This document shows, piece by piece, positions 1 to 12,990 of a stretch of 64,000 nt of DNA; positions within the stretch are counted from its first letter, which is position 1; every line of letters starts with the position of its first letter. Made by a program: the position numbers and the translations under genes. The stretch is from assembly GCA_964016885.1 (NCBI GenBank), contig OZ024763.1, positions 22,134,001 through 22,198,000 on the forward strand. Reading direction: 5' to 3'. The notes beneath the pieces are model-generated. The model was not told the origin of the DNA. It searched no databases and saw only the letters and a list, made by a program, of their open reading frames with translations. This stretch comes from Eledone cirrhosa. Its lineage: Eukaryota.

Positions 1-168
1 TAGTATAAAGAAAGTAATTTGTTTCCAAATATGAAAACAGGTAGTTATATCTTATTTAATTCTGAGGATTCCTTATATTGAGCTCTTAATATTAAGGATT
101 AAACATATGTAAATAAAAATGTGATATAGTTAGCAGTGTTTCGTTTTAATCTTCAAAGTATATATATA

Positions 169-202
<34 letters not shown>

Positions 203-336
203 GGAATTTCTGGAGTCCAGAAATAGCCGTCGAAACGGCTTGAGCTCTGCCGTTGGGTCATACATTTTCCTATTACCCACTCTACTACCCTAAGTATTGA
301 GTACTCTGGTGCGTTATGGTCCATCTGGTTCCTTAC

Positions 337-378
<42 letters not shown>

Positions 379-772
379 GGAGGGCAATCTCAAAAGTAAG
401 GTCTCCTTCCGATATTGCAACTTTTCCGTTAAAATCCTGTGGATGGTGCTTTCGCAAACCTCAGGAACCAAAATGCAGAGAGCATCCAGAGTGATCCGCC
501 CATCATTACGCATGTTTTCCTCGGAAGGAGACCTTACTTTTGGGATTGCCCTCGTATATAATAACTGCGCGAAATTCGCACTCGGCGGTAGCGTTCAACG
601 GGAGCTCCATTCTCAACGGGTGCCAAGCCAAGATTGAGCCACCCGGCGAAGCACGCGCATGCTTGTTTGGGAGTGAAGGAAGCACCAATCACAACAGTGT
701 TGCCAACAGCCGTACGAACAGTTTCTCTGCGTCCCCATCGCTTTGGAGACCTTACTTTTGGGATTACTCTCA
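379..772 (-). mobile_element. Internally deleted mariner relics
   Basis: TIR GAGGGCAATCTCAAAAGTAAGGTCTCC with two inverted copies (about 527-554 and 746-772) in TA context. Transposase pieces [17 protein letters not shown] and DGRITLDAL...STIHRILTEKLQYRK. Confidence 0.8.
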
Positions 773-1116
773 TGTATATATATATATATATATTTTTTTT
801 TTTTTATATATATATATATGTATATATATGTATATATATTTATATATATGTATATATATTTATATATATGTATATATATATGTATATATATTTATATATA
901 TGTATATATATATGTGTATATATATATTTATATATATATATATATATTTATATATATGTATATATATATGTATATATATTTATATATATGTATATATATA
1001 TGTGTATATATATATTTATATATATATATGTGTATATATATATTTATATATATATATATATGTGTATATATATTTATATATATGTGTATATATATTTATA
1101 TATATATATATATGTG

Positions 1117-1149
<33 letters not shown>

Positions 1150-1154
1150 TTCAG

Positions 1155-1392
1155 TTTTAAACCAGGGGCCACACAGCATGTGAAGGAGGTGGTGAAGTGG
1201 AAACATTTACAACAGGAGGGGACACTTCTCTCTCATGTACAATCAAAAGGGAACTACAAAATCAATGATAACCGAGACTTGATCATCAAAGCCATAAACA
1301 GTGAGGATGATGGCTACTATTACTGTGTGAATAGTGATCAATATGAGGCCGTTCACCAAATAACTACAGTGACAAACAGACAAATTCACACA
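1155..1392 (+). CDS. FAM187A: FAM187A-like Ig-domain protein, internal exon (first Ig domain; upstream exon(s) outside window)
   Basis: tttcAG acceptor at 1153-54 and GTaaat donor at 1393. Encodes [17 protein letters not shown]...[16 protein letters not shown]...QIHT, with the Ig V/I-set W...L.I....D.G.Y.C pattern. Confidence 0.8.
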
Positions 1393-1722
1393 GTAAATAT
1401 AGTGATTTTTCCCTTGCCTATTTTTTGCTGGCCTTTTTCTTTACTTGTTCCCTTGCCTATTTTTTCCTGGCCTTTTTTTTTACTTTTTCGCTTGCCTATT
1501 TCTTCCTTGCCTTTTTTGCCTTAGTTTTTTCTTGTCTTTTTTCCTTGCCTTTTTTGCTGTACTTTTTCTTGCCTTTTTCTCCCCCTTGCTTTTTCCTTGC
1601 TTTTTTCTTGTTTTTTCCTTTTTATTTTTTTTTTTTTGCCTTACTTTTTTCTTATTTTTTCTTATTTTTTTCTTGTGTTTTTTTCCTTGCTTTTCTCCTT
1701 GTCTTTTTTTCCTATCTGCCAG

Positions 1723-1872
1723 GTTATTGAAAACAACACAAGAAACCTGCTTCCATTACAGAACCTGGTAGAAAATAATTTGAAAGTGTTCAGCAGCTGG
1801 TCAAGCTGGAGCAAGTGCAGTGAGTGTGGCAAGGAAGGATTCTGGAAAAAAGTTGGTCTGTGTTCAGTGTCG
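1723..1872 (+). CDS. FAM187A: FAM187A-like exon (WxxWxxCxxCG TSP1-like motif)
   Basis: Long pyrimidine tract then ccAG; GTaatt donor; phase 0/0. Encodes VIENNTRNLLPLQNLVENNLKVFSSWSSWSKCSECGKEGFWKKVGLCSVS. Confidence 0.85.
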
Positions 1873-2283
1873 GTAATTAACTGATTAATACTTGTTCGTT
1901 AAAGCCAACGTTAAACCCTTACATTCCATAACACCAACACCAATATCAACATTGATATTGACCTCATAGGAAGAAGTAATTTATAGAATTTCACCCTTTC
2001 ATTCCCATATTTATGATGATGATGATGATGATAATGATGGAAGTAATAGTGGTGGTGGTGGTGATGAAAATGGTGGAGATGGGTGGCTGAAACTGATGAT
2101 GATAATGATGGAAATGATGGTGATGACGATAGTAAAAGTGGTAGAGGTGATGGTGATGATGAAAACTGTGTTGGTGGTGAGCATAATAACAATGATGATG
2201 AAAATGGGTGGTGGTGCTGATGATGATGATGATGACAATGATGAAAGTGGTATTGGTGGTGGCGAAAAAAAAAATATATATAT

Positions 2284-3076
2284 ATCATTATCATCATCAT
2301 CATCATCATTTTACGTCCGCTCTTCCCTGCTTGCAAGGGTGGGATGGGTCTTATTCAGCACAGCATCTCTCCACTTGTCACGGTCCTTCGACGACATCAC
2401 CGTGAGCTTCAGCGATCTGAGGTTGCTCTCACGACCTCCGCCCATGTTTTTCGTGGTCTACCTCTACCACGTCTTCCTTCAACTGGCATTTCCTGGCACT
2501 TCTTCACCCATCAGTCATCCTCCATGCGCATCACATGTCCATACCAGCTCTCTCCTCTCTCACACACTATATTCTATCCCCCTCAGACACAGTTTCTCTC
2601 TCAACACATTTATACTGGGTCGTTCACGCACATTTACACTGCACATCCAACGGAGCACGCTTGCCTCATTTCTCTCCAGCCGTCGCATATCCTCTGCAGT
2701 TGCTGCCCATGTCTCACTACCATGCAGCATCACGCGCCTCACACAGGCATCATATAACCGGCCTTTCGTACGCAGGGAGAAACCCTTTCTCGTCAGCAGA
2801 GGAAGCAGCTCCCTAAACTTCTTCCAACCCGTCCTTATTCTAGATACTATGGCCTCGGAACACCCCCCTCCCATGCTAATCTGATCTCCTAGGTACCGGA
2901 AGCTATCCACCACTTCTCTAGCACCCGCCTGCATTTGAAAAATGTGTCTATCAATGCGATTTCTACTCTCTAATTTCCCTGTACAGCTACTGCATACGTA
3001 TTTCTCCCTACCTGTTAGTTTGCCTGCTATCCCACTACATTTCTTGTGTACATAGGATCTGCATTGTGTGCATTTT
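2284..3076 (-). mobile_element. 5'-truncated RTE (same family as 37600 copy)
   Basis: Matches the 3' part of the 37600 element; (CAT)n tail; flanked by (TA)n. Confidence 0.92.
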
Positions 3077-3115
3077 ATATATATATATTTATTATATGAA
3101 CAGATTAAAGTTTAA

Positions 3116-3335
3116 CCCTTTAGCATACACAATACTCTATATATACTATTATATTTTCATGGTAAAGGCTTTACTTCACATAATTATCTCACATAATATC
3201 GAATCTATGAGATTTTGAAAGTATTTATTTTGAGAACAATACCTTAACATCAGTTTGAGTGACCAGTTACAGCCAGTTTCAACAGAAAAAGGTAGAGAAT
3301 TCTGGCCGGTTTTGGCCGGTTTGAACATTAAAGGG
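3116..3335. mobile_element. piggyBac-like MITE
   Basis: TTAA-CCCTTTA...TAAAGGG-TTAA; further copies at about 47450-47853 and 57411-58172. Confidence 0.75.
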
Positions 3336-3347
3336 TTAAGCAAAGAA

Positions 3348-3407
<60 letters not shown>

Positions 3408-3410
<3 letters not shown>

Positions 3411-3835
3411 GTGCAGAGCACTAGAAGTCAATGGAAGACCCGGAGTGGGGAGACCCAAGAAGACCTGGGATGAGGTGATAGGGGCCGATCTTACCCAGTT
3501 GCACCTCTCAAAGGCGATGACACACGACCGTGACCTCTGGCGTCACGCAGTAATACAGAGTACCCGACCTCCCATGGGTACAAGCTGAAGCATATAGACA
3601 ATATGCCCCCACACCCTCCCACTATAAAGTGGACGTGTAGGTGCCACGGAAAAAAGCACCCAGCACTCACTGTAAAGGAAGTTGGTGTTAGGAAGGGCAT
3701 CCAGCTGTAGAAACCTACCCAAAATCAGTTCCTGTATGAGCAAGGCATGGTCAGCCGACTGGACACTGCCCACAACAAGACAACCCGTCTAACCCATGCT
3801 AGCATGGAAGAACGGACGTAAAATGGTGATGATGA
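3408..3835 (+). mobile_element. RTE 3'-end fragment (third family)
   Basis: ggagacccaagaagacctgggatgag (GRPKKTWDE) followed by the shared RTE/SINE 3' tail. Confidence 0.7.
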
Positions 3836-3865
3836 TTATATATATATATATAATATATATATCAT

Positions 3866-5750
3866 AATCATCATCGTTTAACGTCCGTGTTCCACGCTTG
3901 CATGGGTTTGGACGGGGGTTTTCCCACTTGAGGCAAGAGTGATTGTCTTGCTCGCATAGGACTGTCTGGCAGGTTTTCTACAGTTGGATGCCCTTCCTAA
4001 CACCAACTATATTTACAGTGTGGGTCTGGGAGGTTTTTACCGTGTTGCCTACACGGCCACATTACAGCGTGGACTGTGTGTTTTTTTGTCGTGACACCTA
4101 CACGATCTCATTTGTTTCGGCCTGGATGGTGTGGCACCAACATAACTTTACATAGAAGGGGGCGGTGTGGATGGGGTGGGGGTGGTGGGATGGGGTGTAT
4201 TTTGTTAGAGATGCCTACTGACTGTAGTAGGTTTTACTTTGTATTTAGGTAAGGCGGGTCTTCTCTATTACTGAGTACCGCCAAAGTTCTCGGTCCAGTG
4301 ACATTGTCTTGGTGAGGTGTAAGTGTGTGAGGTCGGAGTTTATCAGCTCGTCCCAGGTTTTTCTGGGTCTGCCTATTCCGTGGCTACCGTCTATCTTTAT
4401 TGCCCTGCACTTTGTTATACAGCTATCGTCCTTCATGCGCATCACGTGACCATACCAACGTAGCCTTCTCTCTAGTAAACAACATCTGATCCCTCTTATT
4501 TCTAATTTTTTCCTTAGTTCGTTTATGCTTTGTCGTTCACGTATATTACTATTACACATCCAGCGGAGCATGCAAGCTTCGTTTCTCTCTAGTCTGCATA
4601 TATCCTCTGCACACAATGCCCAGGTCTCACTGCCATGCAACATTGCTGTTCGTATGCAGGCATCGTACAACCTGCCTTTCATTTTTAGGGAGAACCCTTT
4701 AGCAGCTAATAGTGGTATAAGCTCTCTGAACTTTTTCCACCCAGTTCTGACTCTAGCTACTGTACTTTCAGAGCACCCTCCCCCACTGCTGATTTTGTCA
4801 CCCAGGTAACGGAAGCTGTCCACTATTTCTATAGAACCCTCTGCGCAGTTGAAAGAGCTAGTATTTTGTGGGCACTTGCTGCTACTTATTGCCCCAGAAC
4901 ACCGGCCACATGTAAAATCTATGTTTTTAGTTAGCTTACCTGTGATCCCACTACATCTTTTATGAACCCAAACTTTGCATTTGGGACACAAAATGGAATT
5001 TCTACCTATGCCTTTCTTACACTCTGCGCATGGCCACTTCCCGGAGGGGACCGCCGCCTTATTTTCTTTCTTACAAACTAGAACTTTAGTCTTAGCCAGG
5101 TTAATTTTAAGGCCTTTTGATTCTAGCCCGTGCTTCCATGTTTGGAATTTCTTCTCTAGCTCGGCCATTGATTCAGCTATGAGCGTTAGATCATCTGCGT
5201 ATAGGAGTTCCCATGGGCAGCCGGTCTTGAACTCCACTGTTATAGCCTGGAGGGCAATAATAAATAGTAGGGGGCTAAGAACAGAGCCCTGATGAACACC
5301 AACTTTTACGCTAAACTCTTCACTATATTCGTTGTTAATTCTAACCTTGCTGACTGTTTCTTTATACATGGCTTGTATAGCTCTCACAAGCCATTCATCA
5401 ACACCTAGTTTTCTAAGAGCCCACCAGATAATGTAACGGGGGACTCTGTCGAAGGCCTTCTCCAAGTCGACGAAAGCTAAGTATAGGGGTTTACTTTTAG
5501 CTAGGTACTTCTCCTGTAGTTGTCGTACAATGAAAAGAGCGTCTGTGGTACTTTTTCCTGACACAAACCCGAACTGCATTTCATCTAGATCAATTCGCTC
5601 TCTGATTAGTTGCGCTATTACTTTCTCCGTGACCTTCATGACCTGGTCGATTAATTTAATGCCTCTATAGTTACTCCTATCTAGGGCATCTCCTTTACCC
5701 TTATAACAGTTAACGATAATGCTGCTACGCCAGTCCTTCGGAACAACCCC
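3866..5750 (-). mobile_element. 5'-truncated RTE, second family with long 3' UTR
   Basis: ORF 4245-5639 with QFGF, YADD, WPCAECKKG...WVHKRC; 3' UTR and (CAT)n tail. Confidence 0.93.
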
Positions 5751-5850
5751 ATATATATATATATATTATATATATATATAATCGGTATCGAGCCCTCTTC
5801 GGATTTTAGTCTTCACATTTATTATTACTATCATTATTATTACTATATAT

Positions 5851-6041
5851 AAGGTGGATTGGCAGTATCGGTAGAGGGTCGGACGCCATGCTTTCCAGCA
5901 TAGTTACGTCCCTTTACGGTCTGAATTCAAATCCCGCCGAGGTTGACTTTGTCTTTCATCCTTACGGGGTCGATAAAATAAAGTACCAGTAATGTACTGG
6001 GTAATTGCTGGCCTTGTGCCTAAAGTAGAAACAATTATTAT

Positions 6042-6043
<2 letters not shown>
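5851..6043 (+). mobile_element. Second SINE family
   Basis: Family consensus has B-box-like GAGTTCAAATCC and centre GCCTTTCATCCTTACGGGGTCGATAAAATAAAGTACCAG. Other copies at about 21420-21700, 27850-28250, 31420-31760, 33330-33725, 44940-45240, 45865-46090, 48625-48745, 50071-50210 and 50427-50615. Confidence 0.8.
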
Positions 6044-6102
<59 letters not shown>

Positions 6103-6173
6103 TATATTTATTTAAAGCACATTCTTTATCTGGTTAATGCAATCAATGTAGTTATTTCCCCCATCGTTTCCAG

Positions 6174-6508
6174 AAAATAAACAGTTCTAACCCTACAAAG
6201 CCAGTCGAGGTTCACATGTTTTACTACTTTGACGGAAGTGTGAGGTGCAAGTCAACCACATTGCCGGGAGAGATACGAGAGATCCCGGAGATCAAGTTGA
6301 GGCCCAACGAGATACTCTACGGCAAGTGTAATGTGCCGTGTCCGGAGAAAGTCGAAAGTATGATAATCAAGGACCACACGGGGAAAGTGGTGGACCTGGT
6401 GATGCCAGGCTACTTTTCCATGCACCACAAGCAACACATTGTACCACCAGTGAAGCGGGAGGTGATGTATATGGATAAAGGTAGAGATGTGATAATACGC
6501 TGTCAGAC
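6174..6508 (+). CDS. FAM187A: FAM187A-like exon (Cys-containing linker and start of second Ig domain)
   Basis: ttccAG acceptor and GTAAGT donor. In frame with ORF 6216-6512: KINSSNPTKPVEVHMFYYFDGSVRCKS...GKCNVPCP...GRDVIIRCQ. Confidence 0.85.
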
Positions 6509-6812
6509 GTAAGTATTGAGGAGAGAGGGGTTGAGAGGGGGGGGCAGAGAGGGGGAGTGACAGAGACAGAGAGAGAGAGAGAGAAAGAGAGATGGGGGAG
6601 CGAGTGAGAGAGAAAGAGAGAGGGGGCAGAGAGGGGGAGTGACAGAGACAGAGAGAGAGAGAGAGAGAGATGGGGAGCGAGTGAGAGAGAAAGAGAGAGG
6701 GGGCAGAGTGGAGACAGGCAGAGAGAAAGAGAGAGAGAAAGAGACTGAGACAGTCAGAGAGAGGGAAATAAAAAGAGAGAGAGAGAGGGAAATAAAAAGA
6801 GAGAGAGAGAGA

Positions 6813-6850
<38 letters not shown>

Positions 6851-6894
6851 AAAAGAGAGTGGCGGAGGAGGAGGAAGTATTTTCTAATGTATTT

Positions 6895-7397
6895 TATTAT
6901 TTATTTTTCATTATTTTTCTGTTATATTATTATTATGGTCACTTGGGTTGGGACAACTATAAATATTTTCTATTGTTTTTATTTATTTTTCATTATTTTT
7001 CTGTTATATTATTATTATGGTCACTTGGGTTGGGACAACTATAAATATTTTCTATTGTTTTTATTATTTATTTTTCATTATTTTTCTGTTATATTATTAT
7101 TATGGTCACTTGGGTTGGGACAATCATAAATATTTTCTATTGTTTTTATTTATTTTTCATTATTTTTCTGTTATATTATTATTATGGTCACTTGGGTTGG
7201 GACAACTATAAATATTTTCTATTGTTTTTATTATTTATTTTTCATTATTTTTCTGTTATATTATTATTATGGTCACTTGGGTTGGGACAACTATAAATAT
7301 TTTCTATTGTTTTTATTATTTATTTTTCATTATTTTTCTGTTATATTATTATTATGGTCACTTGGGTTGGGACAACTATAAATATTTTCTATTGTTT
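6895..7397. repeat. 82-85 bp tandem repeat x6 directly upstream of an exon acceptor
   Basis: Unit contains ggtcacttgggttgggacaactataaatattttctattg. Confidence 0.9.
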
Positions 7398-7419
7398 ATC
7401 CTTCTGTCTGTTACAACAG

Positions 7420-7566
7420 GGATGAGAAGATCATCCGATGGCAGAATGGCAGCAGACCGTTGAGACATTTCCTGCAGAGTCGGAAAACTAAAGGAAGAGT
7501 ATTTATAGACATTCTTAATAGTCTCCATATTAGAAATATTGAACTGACGGATACCTCTACTTACAG
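7420..7566 (+). CDS. FAM187A: FAM187A-like exon (second Ig domain)
   Basis: caacAG acceptor and GTGAGA donor; phase 2/2 fits both neighbours. Encodes DEKIIRWQNGSRPLRHFLQSRKTKGRVFIDILNSLHIRNIELTDTSTY. Confidence 0.85.
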
Positions 7567-7569
7567 GTG

Positions 7570-8900
7570 AGAGGGAGAGAGGAGAGGGGAGGGGAGACAG
7601 GGAGAGAGGGGCAGGGGAGAGAGGAGGGGGGAAAGAGGAGGGGGGAGAGAGGAGGGGAGAGGAGGGGAGAGAGACAGGGAGAGAAAAGGAGAGACAGGGA
7701 GAGAAGAGGAGTGAGAGACAGGGAGAGAGAAGAGGAGAGAGAGACAGGGAGAGAGAAGAGAGAGGAGGAGAGAAGAGAGAGAGGAGAAAGAGACAGGGAG
7801 AGAGAGACAGGGAGAGAGAAGAGGAGAGAGAGACAGGGAGAGAGAGACAGGGAGAGAGAAGAGGAGAGAGAGACAGGGAGAGAGAAGAGGAGAGAGAGAC
7901 AGGGAGAGAGAGAGGAGAGAGAGAGACAGGGAGAGAGAAGAGGAGAGATAGACAGGGAGAGAGAAAAGGAGAGATAGACAGGGAGAGAGAGGAGAGAGAG
8001 AGACAGGGAGAGAGGAGAGAGAAGAGAGAGACAGGGAGAGAGAGGAGAGAGAGACAGGGAGAGAGAGGAGAGAGAGACAGGGAGAGAGAGGAGAGAGTGA
8101 CAGGGAGAGAGAGGAGAGAGTGACAGGGAGAGAGAGGAGAGAGTGACAGGGAGAGAGAGAGGAGAGAGAGAAGGTAGAGAGGAGAGAGAGAGGAGAGAGA
8201 GAAGGTAGAGAGGGGAGAGAGAAGGTAGAGAGGAGAGAGAGAGGAGAGAGAGAAGGTAGAGAGGAGAGAGAGAAGGTAGAGAGGAGAGAGAGAAGGTAGA
8301 GAGGAGAGAGAGAAGGTAGAGAGGGGAGAGAGAAGGTAGAGAGGGGAGAGAGAAGGTAGAGAGGGAGATAGCCAGCAGATGGACACCTCTACATACAGGT
8401 GAGAGAGAGGAAGAGAGAGACAGGGAAAGAGAGGAAGAGAGAGACAGGGAAAGAGAGGAGAGAGAGAGACAGGGAGAGAGAGGAGGAGTGAGAGACAGGG
8501 AGAGAGAGGAGGAGTGAGAGACAGGGAGAGAGAGGAGGAGTGAGAGACAGGGAAAGAGAGGAGAGAGAGTTAATAGTCTCCATATTAGAAATAACAAACT
8601 GAAGGATACCTCTACATACAGGTGAGAGAGAGGAGGAGGGAGAGGCAGTTAGGGGGGAGGGGTGGAAGGAGGGAGAGAAAGAGGAGGAGTGAGAGATAGC
8701 AAACTGATGGATACTCCTACATACAGGTGAGAGAGAGGAGGAGGGAGGGGGAGAGAGAGGAATTGATAGAGAGTGAGAGTAAGAGAGGGAGGGAGGGGGG
8801 GAGGGAGGGAGCGTGTGCGAGAGAAGAAAGAAGAAGGTGATAGAGAGAGAGATGGTGAGAGAGGAGGAGGGAGAGTGTGAAGGAAAGAAAGAGACTCATG
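7570..8900. repeat. Purine-rich (GA) low-complexity tract
   Basis: gagagacaggga and gaaggtagaga units; similar tracts at 6520-6860, 16680-17170 and 50785-51525. Confidence 0.9.
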
Positions 8901-8940
8901 ATGAGGATGATGACAGTGAAGATAAATAATAGTAATGATA

Positions 8941-9540
8941 TTTCTACTTTTGGCACAAGGCCAGCAATTACCCCAGTGCATTACTGGTACTTTATTTTAT
9001 CAACCCCATAAGGATGAAAGACAAAATAATAATTCTTTCTACTTTTGGCACAAGGCCAGCAATTACCCCAGTGCATTACTGGTACTTTATTTTATCAACC
9101 CCATAAGGATGAAAGACAAAATAATAATTCTTTCTACTTTTGGCACAAGGCCAGCAATTACCCAGTGCATTACTGGTACTTTATTTTATCAACCCCATAA
9201 GGATGAAAGACAAAATAATAATTCTTTCTACTTTTGGCACTAGGCCAGCAATTACCCCAGTGCATTACTGGTACTTTATTTTATCAACCCCATAAGGATG
9301 AAAGACAAAATAATAATTCTTTCTACTTTTGGCACTAGGCCAGCAATTACCCCAGTGCATTACTGGTACTTTATTTTATCAACCCCATAAGGATGAAAGA
9401 CAAAATAATAATTCTTTCTACTTTTGGCACTAGGCCAGCAATTACCCCAGTGCATTACTGGTACTTTATTTTATCAACCCCATAAGGATGAAAGACAAAA
9501 TAATAATGACATCTACTATAAGCACAAGGCCAGCAATTTT
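8941..9540. repeat. About 95-bp tandem repeat x6 made from a SINE 3' half
   Basis: Unit tttctacttttggcacaaggccagc...ggatgaaagacaaaataataattc. Confidence 0.9.
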
Positions 9541-9767
9541 TGTTGACAGCGAGAAAGGAGGGGAGGTGAGAAACTATAGAAGTCCAGCGTTCTAAGATTC
9601 ATCATAGTTGTGTGTGTATGTTTGTATCACTTGTGTGAGTGAGCGCGAAGGAAATGACCAACCAACAAACATACATCTCTTTTTTTTTATATTATGTATA
9701 GATATTACAATTAGCTGACATTTTTGACGGCACAGGACCAGTTAGTAATGATAATAGTAATCTAAAA

Positions 9768-11849
9768 CAGGCATGTCAAACTGCGGGTCCCCCGAGGACC
9801 ACAAGGGTCAGATGTGTTAGCCACCCCTATATCTACACCAGGCGTGTCAAACTGAGGGTCCCCCAAGGACCACAAGGGTCAGATATGTTAGCCACCCCTA
9901 TATCTACACCAGGCATGTCAAACTGAGGGTCCCCCGAGGACCACAAGGGTCAGATATGTTAGCCACCCCTATATCTACACCAGGCATGTCAAACTGAGGG
10001 TCCCCCGAGGACCACGAGGGTCAGATATGTTAGCCACCCCTATATCTACACCAGGCATGTCAAACTGAGGGTCCCCCGAGGACCACGAGGGTCAGATATG
10101 TTAGCCACCCCTATATCTACACCAGGCATGTCAAACTGAGGGTCCCCCGAGGACCACAAGGGTCAGATATGTTAGCCACCCCTATATCTACACCAGGCAT
10201 GTCAAACTGAGGGTCCCCCGAGGACCACAAGGGTCAGATATGTTAGCCACCCCTATATCTACACCAGGCATGTCAAACTGAGGGTCCCCCGAGGACCACA
10301 AGGGTCAGATATGTTAGCCACCCCTATATCTACACCAGGCATGTCAAACTGAGGGTCCCCCGAGGACCACAAGGGTCAGATATGTTAGCCACCCCTATAT
10401 CTACACCAGGCATGTCAAACTGAGGGTCCCCCGAGGACCACGAGGGTCAGATATGTTAGCCACCCCTATATCTACACCAGGCATGTCAAACTGAGGGTCC
10501 CCCGAGGACCACAAGGGTCAGATATGTTAGCCACCCCTATATCTACACCAGGCATGTCAAACTGAGGGTCCCCCGAGGACCACAAGGGTCAGATATGTTA
10601 GCCACCCCTATATCTACACCAGGCATGTCAAACTGAGGGTCCCCCGAGGACCACAAGGGTCAGATATGTTAGCCACCCCTATATCTACACCAGGCATGTC
10701 AAACTGAGGGTCCCCCGAGGACCACAAGGGTCAGATATGTTAGCCACCCCTATATCTACACCAGGCGTGTCAAACTGAGGGTCCCCCGAGGACCACAAGG
10801 GTCAGATATGTTAGCCACCCCTATATCTACACCAGGCATGTCAAACTGAGGGTCCCCCGAGGACCACGAGGGTCAGATATGTTAGCCACCCCTATATCTA
10901 CACCAGGCATGTCAAACTGAGGGTCTCCCGAGGACCACGAGGGTCAGATATGTTAGCCACCCCTATATCTACACCAGGCATTTCAAACTGAGGGTCCCCC
11001 GAGGACCACGAGGGTCAGATATGTTAGCCACCCCTATATCTACACCAGGCATGTCAAACTGAGGGTCCCCCGAGGACCACAAGGGTCAGATATGTTAGCC
11101 ACCCCTATATCTACACCAGGCATGTCAAACTGAGGGTCCCCCGAGGACCACAAGGGTCAGATATGTTAGCGACCCCTATATCTACACCAGGCATGTCAAA
11201 CTGAGGGTCCCCCGAGGACCACAAGGGTCAGATATGTTAGCCACCCCTATATCTACACCAGGCATGTCAAACTGAGGGTCCCCCGAGGACCACAAGGGTC
11301 AGATATGTTAGCCACCCCTATATCTACACCAGGCATGTCAAACTGAGGGTCCCCCGAGGACCACAAGGGTCAGATATGTTAGCAACCCCTATATCTACAC
11401 CAGGCATGTCAAACTGAGGGTCCCCCGAGGACCACAAGGGTCAGATATGTTAGCCACCCCTATATCTACACCAGGCATGTCAAACTGAGGGTCCCCCGAG
11501 GACCACAAGGGTCAGATATGTTAGCCACCCCTATATCTACACCAGGCATGTCAAACTGAGGGTCCCCCGAGGACCACAAGGGTCAGATATGTTAGCCACC
11601 CCTATATCTACACCAGGCATGTCAAACTGAGGGTCCCCCGAGGACCACAAGGGTCAGATATGTTAGCCACCCCTATATCTACACCAGGCATGTCTGACTG
11701 AGGGTCCCCCGAGGGCCACATGGGTCACATGTGTTGTCTGAGGGCCACACATTACAACTAATTTCACGAAGATAAAACATGCTCCGCCGTAAAAACCTTT
11801 GTGTGGGCCACAGGTTTGCTTGTAAAGGGCCGCATATTCGACATGCCTG
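9768..11849. mobile_element. hAT-type MITE with 8-bp TSD, inflated by a 71-bp tandem array
   Basis: TIR CAGGCATGTC(A/G)AA at both ends; TSD ATCTAAAA at 9760-67 and 11850-57; about 27 copies of a 71-bp unit. Confidence 0.88.
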
Positions 11850-11889
11850 ATCTAAAAAACACATATAAAACATCACCTATTTTGTACAG

Positions 11890-12061
11890 TTGCTGGAATC
11901 ATAACCTGCTGCTACAGACAACGAAACTGGTGGTGACGGAAGAGGCATGGAATGTCGAAGACCCTTATATTGTGTACGTTCTAACTGGAATCACCGTCTT
12001 TGGACTGTTAATGACCAGCTGTTGCATGTATAGTGGAAGACACAAAGCAATGGCTCGTTAG
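11890..12061 (+). CDS. FAM187A: FAM187A-like terminal exon (end of Ig domain, TM helix, short tail, stop)
   Basis: gtacAG acceptor; completes DTSTYSCW. Encodes CWNHNLLLQTTKLVV...YIVYVLTGITVFGLLMTSCCMYSGRHKAMAR*. Confidence 0.85.
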
Positions 12062-12144
12062 ACTTGTTAGCCTCATTAAAGACCTGTTTATCAACTACAA
12101 CAATTTTTTCCATTAACAGATTAACAACTCTTCAAAATAAACAA

Positions 12145-12195
<51 letters not shown>

Positions 12196-12230
12196 GGCTT
12201 TTTCTATTTCCTCTTTTAATTTTCATTCTA

Positions 12231-12265
12231 TCTTCTGATGATGGATTAGTGTCCGAAACATAGAC
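12231..12265 (+). ncRNA. Degenerate minimal hammerhead (same family as 54496)
   Basis: TCTT-CTGATGA-t-GGAT-tagt-GTCC-GAAAC-atagac; downstream cttttcctgatatatcaagc is shared with the 54496 copy; stem III decayed. Confidence 0.55.
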
Positions 12266-12529
12266 ACTTTTCCTGATATATCAAGCATTAAACTAATATA
12301 TATATATATATCTTCATTGTACTGTATTGTTTCTTTGTGCTGTTTATCCCTTTACATGTCAAGTGTGTGTATGTGTGTGTGTGTATTTGTGTATTTGTGT
12401 TTGTGTTTATTTTTCTTGAGACAGGCTGAATGAGTTGGGGTCCAGAAGCCAACGAAACTTAAGTACTTGTTTATGTCATTGTTGAAATTATTTATCAGAA
12501 GCATATAGGCAATATGCCCCAACCCCCTC

Positions 12530-12990
12530 CCACTGCAAAGTGGTCGTGTAGGCACCATGGAAAAAAAAGCACCCAGCCCACACTGTTAAGTGGTCGTGTA
12601 GGGACCATGGAAAAAAAAGCACCCAGCCCACACTGTTAAGTGGTCGTGTAGGCGCCATGGAAAAAAAAGCACCCAGCCCACACTGTTAAGTGGTCGTGTA
12701 GGCGCCATGGAAAAAAAAGCACCCAGTCCTCACTGTTAAGTGGTCATGTAGGCGCCATGGAAAAAAAAGCACCCAGTCCTCACTGTAAAGTGGTCATGTA
12801 GGCACCATGGAAAAAAAAAGCACCCAGCCCACACTGTTAAGTGGTCATGTAGGCACCATGGAAAAAAAAGCACCCAGCCCACACTGTTAAGTGGTCGTGT
12901 AGGCACCATGGAAAAAAAAGCACCCAGCCCACACTGTTAAGTGGTCGTGGGGGTGCCACGGCAAAAAAGCCCCCAGCACTCACTGTAAAT
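12530..12990. repeat. 50-bp minisatellite x about 9 inside an RTE-tail element
   Basis: Unit gtggtcgtgtaggcaccatggaaaaaaaagcacccagcccacactgttaa. Confidence 0.9.

Noticed and set aside
7376-8597. Ser/Leu/Pro- and Arg/Glu-rich ORFs (also 50743-51667)
   Set aside because: Artefacts of GA/CT low-complexity tracts.
9768-11740. CRISPR-like regular array
   Set aside because: Units are near-identical along their whole length with no unique spacers; eukaryotic context; TIR and TSD explain it as a hAT derivative.
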